64,000 bases of DNA, taken from contig JAZDFI010000007.1 of assembly GCA_043808015.1 (NCBI GenBank), positions 10,834-74,833 of the forward strand, written 5' to 3'. The DNA comes from Candidatus Aenigmatarchaeota archaeon (GTDB taxonomy: Archaea > Aenigmatarchaeota > Aenigmatarchaeia > QMZP01 > QMZT01). Position numbers and translations under genes: made by a program. A model generated the notes under the pieces. The model searched no databases, had not been told where the DNA came from, and saw only the letters and a program-made list of their open reading frames with translations. Positions 1 to 9,320 of this stretch are shown piece by piece. Each line of letters starts with the position of its first letter. Positions within the stretch are counted from its first letter, which is position 1.

Positions 1-933
1 GAGATAGGCAAAGGCCGGCCGGGCTGGCACATCGAGTGCTCGGTGATGTCGTCGAAATATCTCGGAAGGACGTTCGACATCCACACGGGCGGCGTCGACC
101 TGATGTTCCCCCACCACGAAAACGAGATCGCGCAGTCCGAGGCGGCGTATGGAAAACAGTTCGTGAACTACTGGCTGCACAACGACCACGTCATGGTCGA
201 TGGGCAGAAGATGTCGAAATCGCTCGGCAACTACCTCACGCTCAAAGATCTGCTCGCTCGCGGCCACGACCAGCGAGCGATAAGATACGTCCTGCTCTCG
301 ACGCACTACCGCTCGAAGCTCAACGTGACCGACGAGTCGCTTTGGGCGGCGAAGCAGACGGTCGAGAGATTCGATAACTTTATTGACCTGCTAAGGGAAG
401 TGAAAGCGACTTCTCATCATGATGTCGACAAGCTCGTCCATGATGTTGAGCACAAGTTCATGGAAGCGATGGACGACGACCTTGACGTAAACACGGCGCT
501 AGCGACGCTTTTCGACTTCATGAAGGAAATAAACAAGCTTATTGACGCGGGAAAAATCGGCAAGGCAGGAGCGGAAAAATGCATCCATGTCATGCAGCGC
601 TTCGACAAAATACTGGGCGTGCTGAAGAAGGAAACCAGCGTCCCGAAAGAGCTGGTGGAGAAGGCGCTGAACCTTCTGGTGGAATTTCACGAGACGCTGA
701 AGACGAAAGACGCCGAGACGGCGAAAAGGCTCGACAAGGACGTCGCGCATCTGAAAGGGAAGGAGTACGACCCGGAGAACTTCTCGGAACTGATGGCTGT
801 CTTCGTCGACGTGCGCGAGGCGCTGCGCAAGAAGAAGGAATACGCCTTGTCGGACAAGATACGCGCGGACCTGAAAGACGCCGGCATAACGCTGGAGGAC
901 AAGGAAGGCGGCGTCAGGTGGAGAATCGCCTGA
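1..933 (+). CDS. cysS: Cysteine--tRNA ligase, 5'-truncated by window edge
   Basis: [32 protein letters not shown] and DALR-like MDDDL motifs; frame is open from the window start. Confidence 0.97.
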   Translation, partial: EIGKGRPGWHIECSVMSSKYLGRTFDIHTGGVDLMFPHHENEIAQSEAAYGKQFVNYWLHNDHVMVDGQKMSKSLGNYLTLKDLLARGHDQRAIRYVLLSTHYRSKLNVTDESLWAAKQTVERFDNFIDLLREVKATSHHDVDKLVHDVEHKFMEAMDDDLDVNTALATLFDFMKEINKLIDAGKIGKAGAEKCIHVMQRFDKILGVLKKETSVPKELVEKALNLLVEFHETLKTKDAETAKRLDKDVAHLKGKEYDPENFSELMAVFVDVREALRKKKEYALSDKIRADLKDAGITLEDKEGGVRWRIA

Positions 934-962
934 ACCGGGAATTGCGGAAATCAAACTAAAAA

Positions 963-1700
963 CTAAACGGCTTCTTTGGGTATTTTCTTTTTGGCGACGG
1001 GCTTGGCTTTTTTGGGCGCTGGTTTTGGAATTGCAGCAGGCTTTGTTGACATGGGTTTTTCATTTTCTTTCGCCTTCACCGCTTTCCTGGCGGGCTTCTT
1101 TTTCTGCTTGGTGAACTTGAAGCCGCACTTGTAGCAGAACTTGTCGTCCATCTCGTTCTCAGCGCCGCACTTAGGGCATACGAATATCTTCCTTATTCCG
1201 GAAGGCTGTTCCGCCTGCGCCTGTTGCGCCGGCTGGACTGGCTGCTGGATTCTTGGCGTTTCGGCCGGCCTCTGCTGGACCGGCTGCGGATATGACGGAT
1301 AAGCGGGGTACGAAGGCAACGTCTGCATCGGCTGCGGCGGCGCGTCCACCGGCCTGATCTGCAGCATCTGGGCAGGGTCGACCACGTAATCCGCGACAGC
1401 TGTCTGCCCCGCCATTTTGCGCTTGCCGTATATCGAGCCTATGGCCGTGAACAAAAGACCCATGAGCATTATGATGAAGGAGTTGGTCAGCCCCATGTCG
1501 GGCCTGTATATCAGGCAGAAAAGACCCACGACCGCGAGAACGGCGCCAAGTAAGAACAGCCATATGCATTTTATTACGAAAAGTAGCCCGCCGGAATCAT
1601 GTTCATGATATGCACCCTGGTCAGCAGGTGCCTGCACGGGCTGCTGCGGCTGTGGTCCTGCTGAATTCTGCGGCTCTCCGGTAGCTTCCATATTTACCAT
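963..1700 (-). CDS. Membrane protein with 2 TM helices, Pro/Gln linker, zinc ribbon and Lys-rich tail
   Basis: Two hydrophobic segments; CPKCG...CYKCG; start codon uncertain. Confidence 0.75.
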   Translation of the reverse strand: MVNMEATGEPQNSAGPQPQQPVQAPADQGAYHEHDSGGLLFVIKCIWLFLLGAVLAVVGLFCLIYRPDMGLTNSFIIMLMGLLFTAIGSIYGKRKMAGQTAVADYVVDPAQMLQIRPVDAPPQPMQTLPSYPAYPSYPQPVQQRPAETPRIQQPVQPAQQAQAEQPSGIRKIFVCPKCGAENEMDDKFCYKCGFKFTKQKKKPARKAVKAKENEKPMSTKPAAIPKPAPKKAKPVAKKKIPKEAV

Positions 1701-1741
1701 ATAATTTACCCCAATATAAGTTTTACACATTTAACCGGACC

Positions 1742-2131
1742 TCAAAGTTCGACTGTCTCAGGCGTGCGCTCATCCTTCATCATCTGTCTGCCGAAGTTCA
1801 GGAAGAACAGCGCGCTCGTGTCAAGCGAGACGGCAATCGCCAGCTTGAAGAAGACGTTCGGCGTCACGGGCTTGCTGAAGAAGTCTATCAGCACGTTCGT
1901 CGAGAGGAAGCCGACCGAGAATATGAGCAGCAGGCCGATCGCTATCGCCGTGCGCGACGTGCTCTTCCATTTCGTGCCTATGAACAGGGCGAATGCCATG
2001 ACGGCATAAGCGAGCGCGAAGAACGTGTCGGCGAAAAGCTGCTGGCCCTGCACGGCGACGGAGAAGACGAGGATTACGAAAATGACCGCCAGCATCTTGT
2101 AGTATCCCATCGAACCGTACGCAGAACCCAT
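1742..2131 (-). CDS. Small multi-pass membrane protein
   Basis: 129 aa, about 4 hydrophobic segments. Confidence 0.7.
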   Translation of the reverse strand: MGSAYGSMGYYKMLAVIFVILVFSVAVQGQQLFADTFFALAYAVMAFALFIGTKWKSTSRTAIAIGLLLIFSVGFLSTNVLIDFFSKPVTPNVFFKLAIAVSLDTSALFFLNFGRQMMKDERTPETVEL

Positions 2132-2212
2132 TTATTAAATTTTAGGCGCGCGCCCTAAAAAATGCGAAATCTTTTAAAGCGGCTGCTCTTATATAATTTA
2201 CCCGGTGATATC

Positions 2213-3157
2213 ATGTGGCTTCAGCTTAAGATGTTCCTGCTCACGACCATACTTTTCGGCATACTTTACGCCGTGATAGCAGCTGTAGCGACGTACATGG
2301 GCATCGAGGGATTTTTCTTTTACGGAGTTATCGCGATAGGGATAATTTTCATACAGTACATGGTAGGCCCGAAGATAGTCGAATGGTCCATGAAGGTGCG
2401 CTACGTTTCCGAGAAAGACGCGCCCGAACTGCACAAAATGGTCGCCGAGCTGGCGGATAAGGCTGGCATGAAGAAGCCGCGCATAGGCATATCGGATATC
2501 GCAGTCCCGAATGCCTTCGCTTTCGGGCGGTGGAAGAGCGACGGCCGCGTCTGCGTGACGAGAGGCATACTCAACATGATGAAAGAGGACGAGCTTAAGG
2601 CGGTTCTGGGTCACGAGATTTCCCACATAAACAACCGTGACGTCGCGTTCATAACTCTTCTTAGCGTCATCCCGATGATATGCTGGTTCGTGAGCAGGGG
2701 CACGCTATATTCGTCTGGCAGGAACAAGGGCAACGCCGTGCTGATAGGCATAGTCGCTTTCGTGCTTTATTTCATCACGAACCTGCTGGTCCTTTACGCA
2801 TCGAGGATACGCGAATACGGCGCCGACAAGGGCAGCGTGAAGCTGGGCAACAAGCCTTCTTCGATGGCATCGGCTCTTTACAAGCTGGTCTACGGCAGCG
2901 CAAGGGCCAACAAGGATTCGCTGAAGCAGATGGAGGGCTTCAAGGCATTCTTCGTGAACGACCCGTCAAGGGCTGTAAGCGATTTCCAGAGTTTAAAGGA
3001 TCTGGACAGCGACATGAGCGGCACAATAGACAAGAACGAGCTCGAGCGCGTAAGGAACGCGAAAGTGCATGTCAGCGCTGGCGGCAAGCTCATGGAAATC
3101 CTCAGCACGCATCCCAACATGCTCAAGAGGGTGCAGCACCTTTCGACGCTCGAGTGA
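2213..3157 (+). CDS. htpX: Zinc metalloprotease HtpX (M48)
   Basis: PNAFA, HEISH, SRIREYGAD and STHP motifs; GGTGA SD before ATG 2213. Confidence 0.93.
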   Translation: MWLQLKMFLLTTILFGILYAVIAAVATYMGIEGFFFYGVIAIGIIFIQYMVGPKIVEWSMKVRYVSEKDAPELHKMVAELADKAGMKKPRIGISDIAVPNAFAFGRWKSDGRVCVTRGILNMMKEDELKAVLGHEISHINNRDVAFITLLSVIPMICWFVSRGTLYSSGRNKGNAVLIGIVAFVLYFITNLLVLYASRIREYGADKGSVKLGNKPSSMASALYKLVYGSARANKDSLKQMEGFKAFFVNDPSRAVSDFQSLKDLDSDMSGTIDKNELERVRNAKVHVSAGGKLMEILSTHPNMLKRVQHLSTLE

Positions 3158-3170
3158 GACGGTCGATGAA

Positions 3171-3317
3171 ATGATAAAAAACAAACTTGTCGCGCTTCTG
3201 ATACTCGCGGTGCTTATATCAGGCACCGTGCTTTTCGCTTTTTACCAGTCGCCTTTCGGGCCGGTCCTGACGCTGGTCGGGATAGCGGCCTATTTCATTT
3301 TCAACAAGAAAGACTAA
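3171..3317 (+). CDS. 48-aa two-TM small protein
   Basis: MIKNKLVALLILAVL...; directly follows htpX. Confidence 0.55.
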   Translation: MIKNKLVALLILAVLISGTVLFAFYQSPFGPVLTLVGIAAYFIFNKKD

Positions 3318-3338
3318 GTTGTTACTAATCTGTTAAAA

Positions 3339-3494
3339 TCAAGCTTTGAACTTGGGGAATTTCCTTTCCACGAACTGGGGACATTTGTCCTGCGGGTATA
3401 TGCAACACAGGCAATTGTCAAGCTTGCATCTGCTTATTTGTCCGTAAGCACCGATGTTGTTGTTGCATTTCTTAGCTATGAAATCACCTTGCAT
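3339..3494 (-). CDS. Cys-rich small protein (51 aa), not in ORF track
   Basis: Manual translation MQGDFIAKKCNNNIGAYGQISRCKLDNCLCCIYPQDKCPQFVERKFPKFKA; TTTATAAT box upstream. Confidence 0.5.
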   Translation of the reverse strand: MQGDFIAKKCNNNIGAYGQISRCKLDNCLCCIYPQDKCPQFVERKFPKFKA

Positions 3495-3532
3495 TTATTT
3501 AACACGATGCATTATAAAGGGATATGGAACTT

Positions 3533-4171
3533 TCATTTCAGTTCCAGAACTTCGCTGAGTTTTTTTATCCTGTAGTCCGGCGCTAGCGACCTGTTCCACG
3601 GCGCATCGAGCAGAGCGACGCGTATGCCGCAGTTGCGCGCGAAGTCCGCATCCGAAGCGGTGTCGCCGACCATGAGAATCGCATTCTTGTCCGCTTTGAC
3701 GCTTTCCATTATGCAGTCGAACTGGTCCGGGAACGGTTTAGGACGGCTCACGCTGTCAGCTGTGCATATCTTATCGAAATATTTCTGGATGCCTAAGTGC
3801 GGCAGGAGTATATGCGCGTGCCTTGTCATCATGTTGCTGGCGATAGCGAGCCTCACGCCTTTGCTCTTCAGCGCCTCCAGCGTCTCTTTAGCGCCCGGGT
3901 TAAGCATGACCATTGACGGCCCTAAAAGCGCGTAGTTGTCCCATGCCTTCTGCGTAATCTTTTCAGCAAGCTCTGGTGTGTACTTGCCTGCTTCCCTGAG
4001 CAGCGTCTCGGCCCATGCGCGGAAGGGTTTACCGAAGAACCTGGCGATGTCGCTTTCCCATTCGTATGGGCCCATGCCAATTCCTTCGAATGCCTTGTTG
4101 AGACTCCTGAGTATCGCATCCTCCGAACTTAGAAGAGTGCCGTCGAGGTCGAAAATCACGAGTTTGAACAT
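3533..4171 (-). CDS. HAD-superfamily phosphatase (Gph-like)
   Basis: FDLDGTL, KPFP and MVGDTASD motifs. Confidence 0.92.
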   Translation of the reverse strand: MFKLVIFDLDGTLLSSEDAILRSLNKAFEGIGMGPYEWESDIARFFGKPFRAWAETLLREAGKYTPELAEKITQKAWDNYALLGPSMVMLNPGAKETLEALKSKGVRLAIASNMMTRHAHILLPHLGIQKYFDKICTADSVSRPKPFPDQFDCIMESVKADKNAILMVGDTASDADFARNCGIRVALLDAPWNRSLAPDYRIKKLSEVLELK

Positions 4172-4216
4172 GCAATCACGTAATAATAGCTATTGCGCGC
4201 CGCCGATAAAAAGATT

Positions 4217-4762
4217 TTACTCTTTCTCAACATACCCGGCATACTGCTGCGGGGTTATGAGCCTGCCGCTCGTCGATTCTATCGGGATTTCTGCTACCAC
4301 CCACGCGTGCGGCTCGCCATTATAGTAACCGTGGGCAATGCGTGCATTGTAACCCATATTCTCCAGCTTTTCCACGAGAAGCCCGCTGAAATCGAGACAG
4401 TTGAAGCCGTCCTCGTCATAAACGCCCGATCTGGCGACTTCCCATGCGGACATCTCGAAGTCGTGTTGAGGCTTTTCGCACTTGTCCAGCACTATGCTTT
4501 TCAGCTCGTCCACGGAGTTCTCGCAGACGGTAAGCTCGCTTCTGCATTGCTCGGTGTCGAAAGTGGTGAAAATGATTTCAGGCTCCTGCGCCTGTTCGCC
4601 TCCGGAAACGTCGGCTTTCTCGCTGCCGCGAGCAGCCATCTGGCCCGTGAACTGCAATGGTACTGAGAAGAAGAGGCCTGCAGCGAAAACCAAAACCATG
4701 CATGTTAAAACTGCCTCTCGTTTCGAAAAGATTGACCCCACCCGGACAATAACCCTGTTCAT
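4217..4762 (-). CDS. Membrane-anchored transglutaminase-like/cysteine-protease-fold protein
   Basis: N-terminal TM; FNCLDFS...HAWV Cys/His motifs; start moved downstream of the overlapping 4795 ORF. Confidence 0.6.
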   Translation of the reverse strand: MNRVIVRVGSIFSKREAVLTCMVLVFAAGLFFSVPLQFTGQMAARGSEKADVSGGEQAQEPEIIFTTFDTEQCRSELTVCENSVDELKSIVLDKCEKPQHDFEMSAWEVARSGVYDEDGFNCLDFSGLLVEKLENMGYNARIAHGYYNGEPHAWVVAEIPIESTSGRLITPQQYAGYVEKE

Positions 4763-4794
4763 ATATTGCATGCGAATTTTTTTATCCTTGACTA

Positions 4795-5196
4795 TCAATG
4801 CAGGAAAACCTCTTCCATTAGGCCGATTTCGCCTATGTACCTGTAAAGGTGCGTTTTTTTGTTGGGCATGACTCTTTTGAACCTGATGAGCCGACGTCTT
4901 GCTTCGCCTATCCTCCTTGGACTGCATTTTACCTCGACGCATATGACATAGCCGCTATTAGTTATTCCCACCAGGTCGAACTCGTTCTCTTCCGTGTAAA
5001 GGTTTATGCCTATTTCTTTCATCATGAAGCCGTTGTTCATGACTTCTAAAACGGCTTCCTTGAGGTAGTCTTCATGTCTGGTCATCTGCGGGTTGGAATG
5101 GTATCTTCCCTCTAACTTTTCGTATTCGCCTGCGGGGATAAGGAGGTTCATGTCCCGCCAGTAATCGAGGAGCTTTCTGCCTTTAAGCGTGCGCAT
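4795..5196 (-). CDS. Small PD-(D/E)XK nuclease-fold protein (YraN/Hjc-like)
   Basis: EFDLV...VICVEVK motif. Confidence 0.6.
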   Translation of the reverse strand: MRTLKGRKLLDYWRDMNLLIPAGEYEKLEGRYHSNPQMTRHEDYLKEAVLEVMNNGFMMKEIGINLYTEENEFDLVGITNSGYVICVEVKCSPRRIGEARRRLIRFKRVMPNKKTHLYRYIGEIGLMEEVFLH

Positions 5197-5295
5197 TGCA
5201 AACCTCCGGGAATACGTATGCCTCAGAAAAAGCGTGACGGCAAGCGCAATCAGGCATATGATTCCTTGGTTCTAAATTTTTTAAAACAGTATTGT

Positions 5296-5874
5296 TCACA
5301 GGTTTTTGCCGCCGAATTTGCCGAAGAAGAAATTTTCGCCGGGCTCCTTTCTTGTGCGCGGTTTGGCGAGCTTGTCTTTGATGCGCTCCTCTAACTTGTC
5401 GAAAATTTTCTTTACGTCCGCTTCGTAGCCGAGCGCGAAAACGACAACCACCCGAAAGTTCTCAGGGAATCCAGCGGCTTTCCTCGCCTTCGCCTCGTCC
5501 CATCCCGCCATCTGGTGGACCCGCAGACCGAGATGCTCCGCTTCGATGGTCAGGTTCATCACGCTCAGACCGAGGTCATACGCATAGTAAGGAAGGCTGT
5601 TGGTCTTGCATCCCTTGTCGGGATCCGCGCCCACGGCGACGATATAAGTCGCTTTCTTCGCCCAGCCGTTGCCCATCGATAGCGCATCCTCCATCGATTT
5701 TCTCGTATTGTCGTTCCTGCCGAAAAAAACGTAGTTCCATTCCTGATTGTTGAAGCACGATGGCGCCCAGCGAGCCGCCTCGATAAGCGTGTCGAGCTTC
5801 ACCTTCTCGACGTCTTTCGTTTCGTCGAAAACCAGCGGGCTTTTCCTTTTGGCTATTTCCGGCAGGATGTCCAT
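5296..5874 (-). CDS. Nitroreductase family protein
   Basis: RKS, ARWAPSCFNNQEW and YDLG motifs. Confidence 0.9.
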   Translation of the reverse strand: MDILPEIAKRKSPLVFDETKDVEKVKLDTLIEAARWAPSCFNNQEWNYVFFGRNDNTRKSMEDALSMGNGWAKKATYIVAVGADPDKGCKTNSLPYYAYDLGLSVMNLTIEAEHLGLRVHQMAGWDEAKARKAAGFPENFRVVVVFALGYEADVKKIFDKLEERIKDKLAKPRTRKEPGENFFFGKFGGKNL

Positions 5875-5916
5875 GCATTAGTCTTGAATATGGATTTTAT
5901 AAAAATTAATCGCGGT

Positions 5917-6441
5917 TTATGTGCTGGGGCATTCCCCGTGGCTCCACAGGGTTATGTTATTGCTCGCGCAGGCCGAACAATCGTTTCCGTATGTTACGCC
6001 GTTGTCTCCGCACACAGGTAAGTATTCCATTGTACATGCCTCCGCGGCTTTCTCTTCATCCGTGCAGATGTGCCTGTAAGGAGGGCATTCTCCCCTGAAA
6101 TAAGTCCATTCCTCGCACGCAAAGCCGTCCTCAAAAGTGCACATGCCGCTCTGGCTGCCATCCTCGGCAGTCACGATTTCAAGCTTTCCGCCGTTGTTGA
6201 TGCAGTTCACAGAAGCGGGGTTCGCTATCTGCACGCTGTCGCCATTGCTGCAGTTCTCTTCCCATGCGCGGATGCATTTCTGCTCTGCGTCGCACCAGCT
6301 GTATCCCGCCGCGATAAGGCAGCCGTGCTCGTCCTTGTCACCGCCTATTATCTGATCATTTGCCGTCACGCAGCCGGCGACACCGACGGTTATTATTATC
6401 AGTATCATGAACAGCCCGTAAACAGGAGTTTTCCTTTCCAT
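5917..6441 (-). CDS. Secreted/lipoprotein with DUF333-like and Kazal-like Cys domains
   Basis: VAGC lipobox-like; GGDKDEHGC; ANPASVNC...CEEWTYFRGEC; CTMEYLPVCG...TYGNDC. Confidence 0.75.
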   Translation of the reverse strand: MERKTPVYGLFMILIIITVGVAGCVTANDQIIGGDKDEHGCLIAAGYSWCDAEQKCIRAWEENCSNGDSVQIANPASVNCINNGGKLEIVTAEDGSQSGMCTFEDGFACEEWTYFRGECPPYRHICTDEEKAAEACTMEYLPVCGDNGVTYGNDCSACASNNITLWSHGECPST

Positions 6442-6535
6442 AATAATAATCAGCCGAGCCGTCTTATAAACCGGCCGCTTTTTGTGCGGCAAAAACCGAA
6501 AATCTTTTTTAAATTATGAACAACAAAACTAGTCC

Positions 6536-7459
6536 ATGAAAAACCTCACTGTCGGCGTTTTCCATGACGAGACGCTAGCCGACGAGATCGCGAAGAAAGG
6601 AACCGTCAGCGACATACGCATGTTCAACCGCAAGACAGACGATGCGATATTCACCTTTTTGCAGCCCGTGGACGACAAGCTCACAGCGAAGGCGCAGATA
6701 ATGGGATGCATAGACGTCGCCGTAGTCTCGTTCGCCAGCATGACTCCTGACGTCGGCGAGACGATACTCATGCTGGACGCGATGGGAATAAAGAAAGGCA
6801 TATGCATCGTGCCCGCGGGAGCCGATATCTGCCAGGCGATAAAGCTGACCAAAGACACGTCTCTGGAATCGTTCGTGGTCAAGCAGCGCAACGCGCTCGA
6901 GATAATGGCTACTCTGGAGAAGATTGACGTCGTGAGAGACGTCGCCCTGCCGACGCTGGTCACGATAGACCATTCCTTCGCAGTAAAAGGCGTCGGCGAG
7001 GTCATACTCGGTTTCGTGAAGAGAGGCGTGCTAAAAAAGCATGACAAGCTCATGCTCATGCCCGCAGGCAAAGATGTCATCGTCCGCTCGATACAGATGC
7101 ACGACAAGGATTTCGATTCTGCGGACGCGGGTTCGCGAGTCGGCCTCGCGCTCAAGGGCGCGTCCATAGACGAGCTGAGGCGAGGCGCTGTTCTTTGTGT
7201 CCCGGGAAGCGTGAAAACCGGGACCAGGGTGAAGCTGTCGTTCGAGAAGAGCAAGTTCTACGCGGAAAAGCTAGCAGAAGGGACGCTCCACGTTTCCGTG
7301 GGCATGCAGACAGTTCCCGTGAAAGTCTCTGAGATCGCTGAGAACTCGCTGGTCATAGAGGCCGAGAAGCCGCTTGCATACACGGGGAGCGACGTGTTCC
7401 TGCTGCTCGACCTGAATGCCAAGAAACTGCACCTCATCGGGAAAGGCCACGCCATCTGA
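6536..7459 (+). CDS. SelB-like / EF-Tu-domain protein with degenerate G domain
   Basis: KKGTVSDI; IDHSFAVKGVG; VRSIQMHD; RVGLALKG; no intact P-loop. Confidence 0.85.
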   Translation: MKNLTVGVFHDETLADEIAKKGTVSDIRMFNRKTDDAIFTFLQPVDDKLTAKAQIMGCIDVAVVSFASMTPDVGETILMLDAMGIKKGICIVPAGADICQAIKLTKDTSLESFVVKQRNALEIMATLEKIDVVRDVALPTLVTIDHSFAVKGVGEVILGFVKRGVLKKHDKLMLMPAGKDVIVRSIQMHDKDFDSADAGSRVGLALKGASIDELRRGAVLCVPGSVKTGTRVKLSFEKSKFYAEKLAEGTLHVSVGMQTVPVKVSEIAENSLVIEAEKPLAYTGSDVFLLLDLNAKKLHLIGKGHAI

Positions 7460-7500
7460 GGCAACGGCTTGCTTAAAAAACTTTTTATCGAAAGCTTTTC

Positions 7501-7809
7501 ATGGCAGTGATTTACACGACCCGTGAAATAGATGATATAAGATACGCCATACATATGTCACTACCGTTTGAGTGCCTGAAAGCCTGCCTTGACATGACGA
7601 ACCCGGATGGCCAGAGGAAGGCATATGGCGTCTTTAATTATCTCGTCAGGCTCTCGAAAAGCGATCCTGAAACATGGGCAACACCGGAGGTCATGGAATA
7701 CCGCAAGCTGCTCAAGAAATACTGGTATGATCACGAGGCTGGCAATGCCTATGCGCAAATTCGATACGCAATACACAAAAAGGCAGATGGAAGATCGGCC
7801 AAAAAATGA
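7501..7809 (+). CDS. Hypothetical (orphan) protein
   Basis: 102-aa ORF filling an intergenic gap. Confidence 0.55.
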   Translation: MAVIYTTREIDDIRYAIHMSLPFECLKACLDMTNPDGQRKAYGVFNYLVRLSKSDPETWATPEVMEYRKLLKKYWYDHEAGNAYAQIRYAIHKKADGRSAKK

Positions 7810-7811
7810 TT

Positions 7812-8273
7812 TTACAATTTTTCCGAGAACTCTTTTATCTTCCGGGCGCTATCGCCTTTTTTGATATCAGCTGCTGACAAGCCGAGCGTCGCTACCGGCG
7901 GCTTGCCGCAGACCTTGCTCATGTCCGGGAATATTTTGTCGTTCTGGCTGCCTGCGGTGTAGAATAAGGCGACTTTCTTGAAATTATCCTTCTTAAGATG
8001 CAGGTATGCCCTGACGGGGACCGACATCTTGCCTGCCCACACGGGAGTGCCTATTACGACGAGGTCGTATTTGGAAGGGTCTTTTTTCGGCTCCACGAGG
8101 GTCGTTAGCGCCTCCTTCTGGGCGTCGCGGCCCGAGGAAAGATAATGCAGGATGCCTGCCCTCTTCTTGGTGTCCGCGATTTCTTCGGTCTCGCAGTTAA
8201 GCGCTTTCGCTATTTCATCAGCGACCTTCCTAGTGGTGCCCGTGCGGGAATAAAAAACGACCAGGGTTTTCAT
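7812..8273 (-). CDS. Flavodoxin
   Basis: YSRTGTT FMN loop; GTPVWAG. Confidence 0.92.
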   Translation of the reverse strand: MKTLVVFYSRTGTTRKVADEIAKALNCETEEIADTKKRAGILHYLSSGRDAQKEALTTLVEPKKDPSKYDLVVIGTPVWAGKMSVPVRAYLHLKKDNFKKVALFYTAGSQNDKIFPDMSKVCGKPPVATLGLSAADIKKGDSARKIKEFSEKL

Positions 8274-8311
8274 GAAATAATTATTGAGGTCCGAATATTT
8301 AAAATGAAGCG

Positions 8312-9037
8312 TCAGACGAAATCGAAAAGGTTGTTTTTCTTATCCGTTTTTTGCGCCTGTTTTTCTTCTTTATAATTCAGCTTCTCCGCCCACTGGCAGA
8401 AACCGCATTCGCTCGCTGGTTTCGGCTCTGCTCCGTTAATGCATGCAACCGCGGACAGGAAAAGCTTCTCGCCGCGCGCGCGGTCTACCGCGACTTTCAC
8501 CGGGTCCGCGTCAAAGATGACGTTATGTCGCTCGTCTACGCCTGTCGGGTGGAAGAATATGAGTATCGCGAAATCCGCAGGCGCTAGCGCATTCTTCTCC
8601 AGCAGGAACGAGTATATGTCCATCTGGTGCTGGTAATACGAATGAGTATCGTCCTTCCTCGGATAGCCGCGTGTCTTGAAATCAAGCGGCGCGTACTTCC
8701 CTTCGCTGGTCACAAACAGGTCGTCGAGCGCTCCCATCAGCATCGCGCCTGTAGCTACGTCCTTGTATCGCAGGCCCTTGTAGTTGTTGCGCCATATTTC
8801 CATGAGTTTGAAGTCATCGAACAGCGAGCCCTGGAACTTGCCGTGCAGTTCTTCCGGAAGCGGGCGGTCCTGCCTGTGCCTGTCGAAGTGCGTCTTTAGT
8901 ATCCGGTCCATGCCAGCGGGAAGCGAGGGGAAAATCGTGTCCGGCCTCTTTATGCCGCGGTTGAACCGCAGCCAGAAGCAGCGCGGACATTCCCTGAAAA
9001 GCGATATGGAAGACGGCGACAATGTAAGCGGCTTCAT
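8312..9037 (-). CDS. Stand-alone PD-(D/E)XK nuclease (Cas4/RecB-like)
   Basis: LSPS..CPRC, GALDDL, DFKT, QMDIY, CGFC; no cas genes nearby. Confidence 0.85.
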   Translation of the reverse strand: MKPLTLSPSSISLFRECPRCFWLRFNRGIKRPDTIFPSLPAGMDRILKTHFDRHRQDRPLPEELHGKFQGSLFDDFKLMEIWRNNYKGLRYKDVATGAMLMGALDDLFVTSEGKYAPLDFKTRGYPRKDDTHSYYQHQMDIYSFLLEKNALAPADFAILIFFHPTGVDERHNVIFDADPVKVAVDRARGEKLFLSAVACINGAEPKPASECGFCQWAEKLNYKEEKQAQKTDKKNNLFDFV

Positions 9038-9098
9038 GATGTTAATAATGAATTCCGGCTTAATATGGATTTATTTCCGCCGCCCGCAAATAATATGC

Positions 9099-9293
9099 AT
9101 GGACTACGAAAAAGAGCGCGACCTGAACTTCATGATAATACTGGTTCTGGTATCCGTCATAATGGTGCTGTGGTTCGGCTCGACGCTCGAAACGTTTCGC
9201 CAGTTTGCTCCGGCGTTTTTCGCCATAATGATGATTGCCGTCTGGATGGTCGCGATGAACGTGGGACGATTCGGAAAGAAGTGGAAAAAATAA
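9099..9293 (+). CDS. Small 2-TM membrane protein
   Basis: MDYEKERDLNFMIILVLV..., 64 aa. Confidence 0.6.
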   Translation: MDYEKERDLNFMIILVLVSVIMVLWFGSTLETFRQFAPAFFAIMMIAVWMVAMNVGRFGKKWKK

Positions 9294-9299
9294 GAAAAG

Positions 9300-9320
9300 G
9301 CCGGAAACAAAAAAACCGGC
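9300..9320. terminator. Hairpin between convergent genes
   Basis: GCCGG-N11-CCGGC inverted repeat. Confidence 0.4.

Noticed and set aside
6536-7459. Selenocysteine system suggested by the SelB-like gene
   Set aside because: The G domain is degenerate, which fits the known archaeal SelB-like family. No tRNA-Sec, SelD or in-frame TGA selenoprotein is seen in the window.
8312-9037. CRISPR-Cas locus suggested by the Cas4-like gene
   Set aside because: No repeat-spacer array or other cas genes were seen anywhere in the window.
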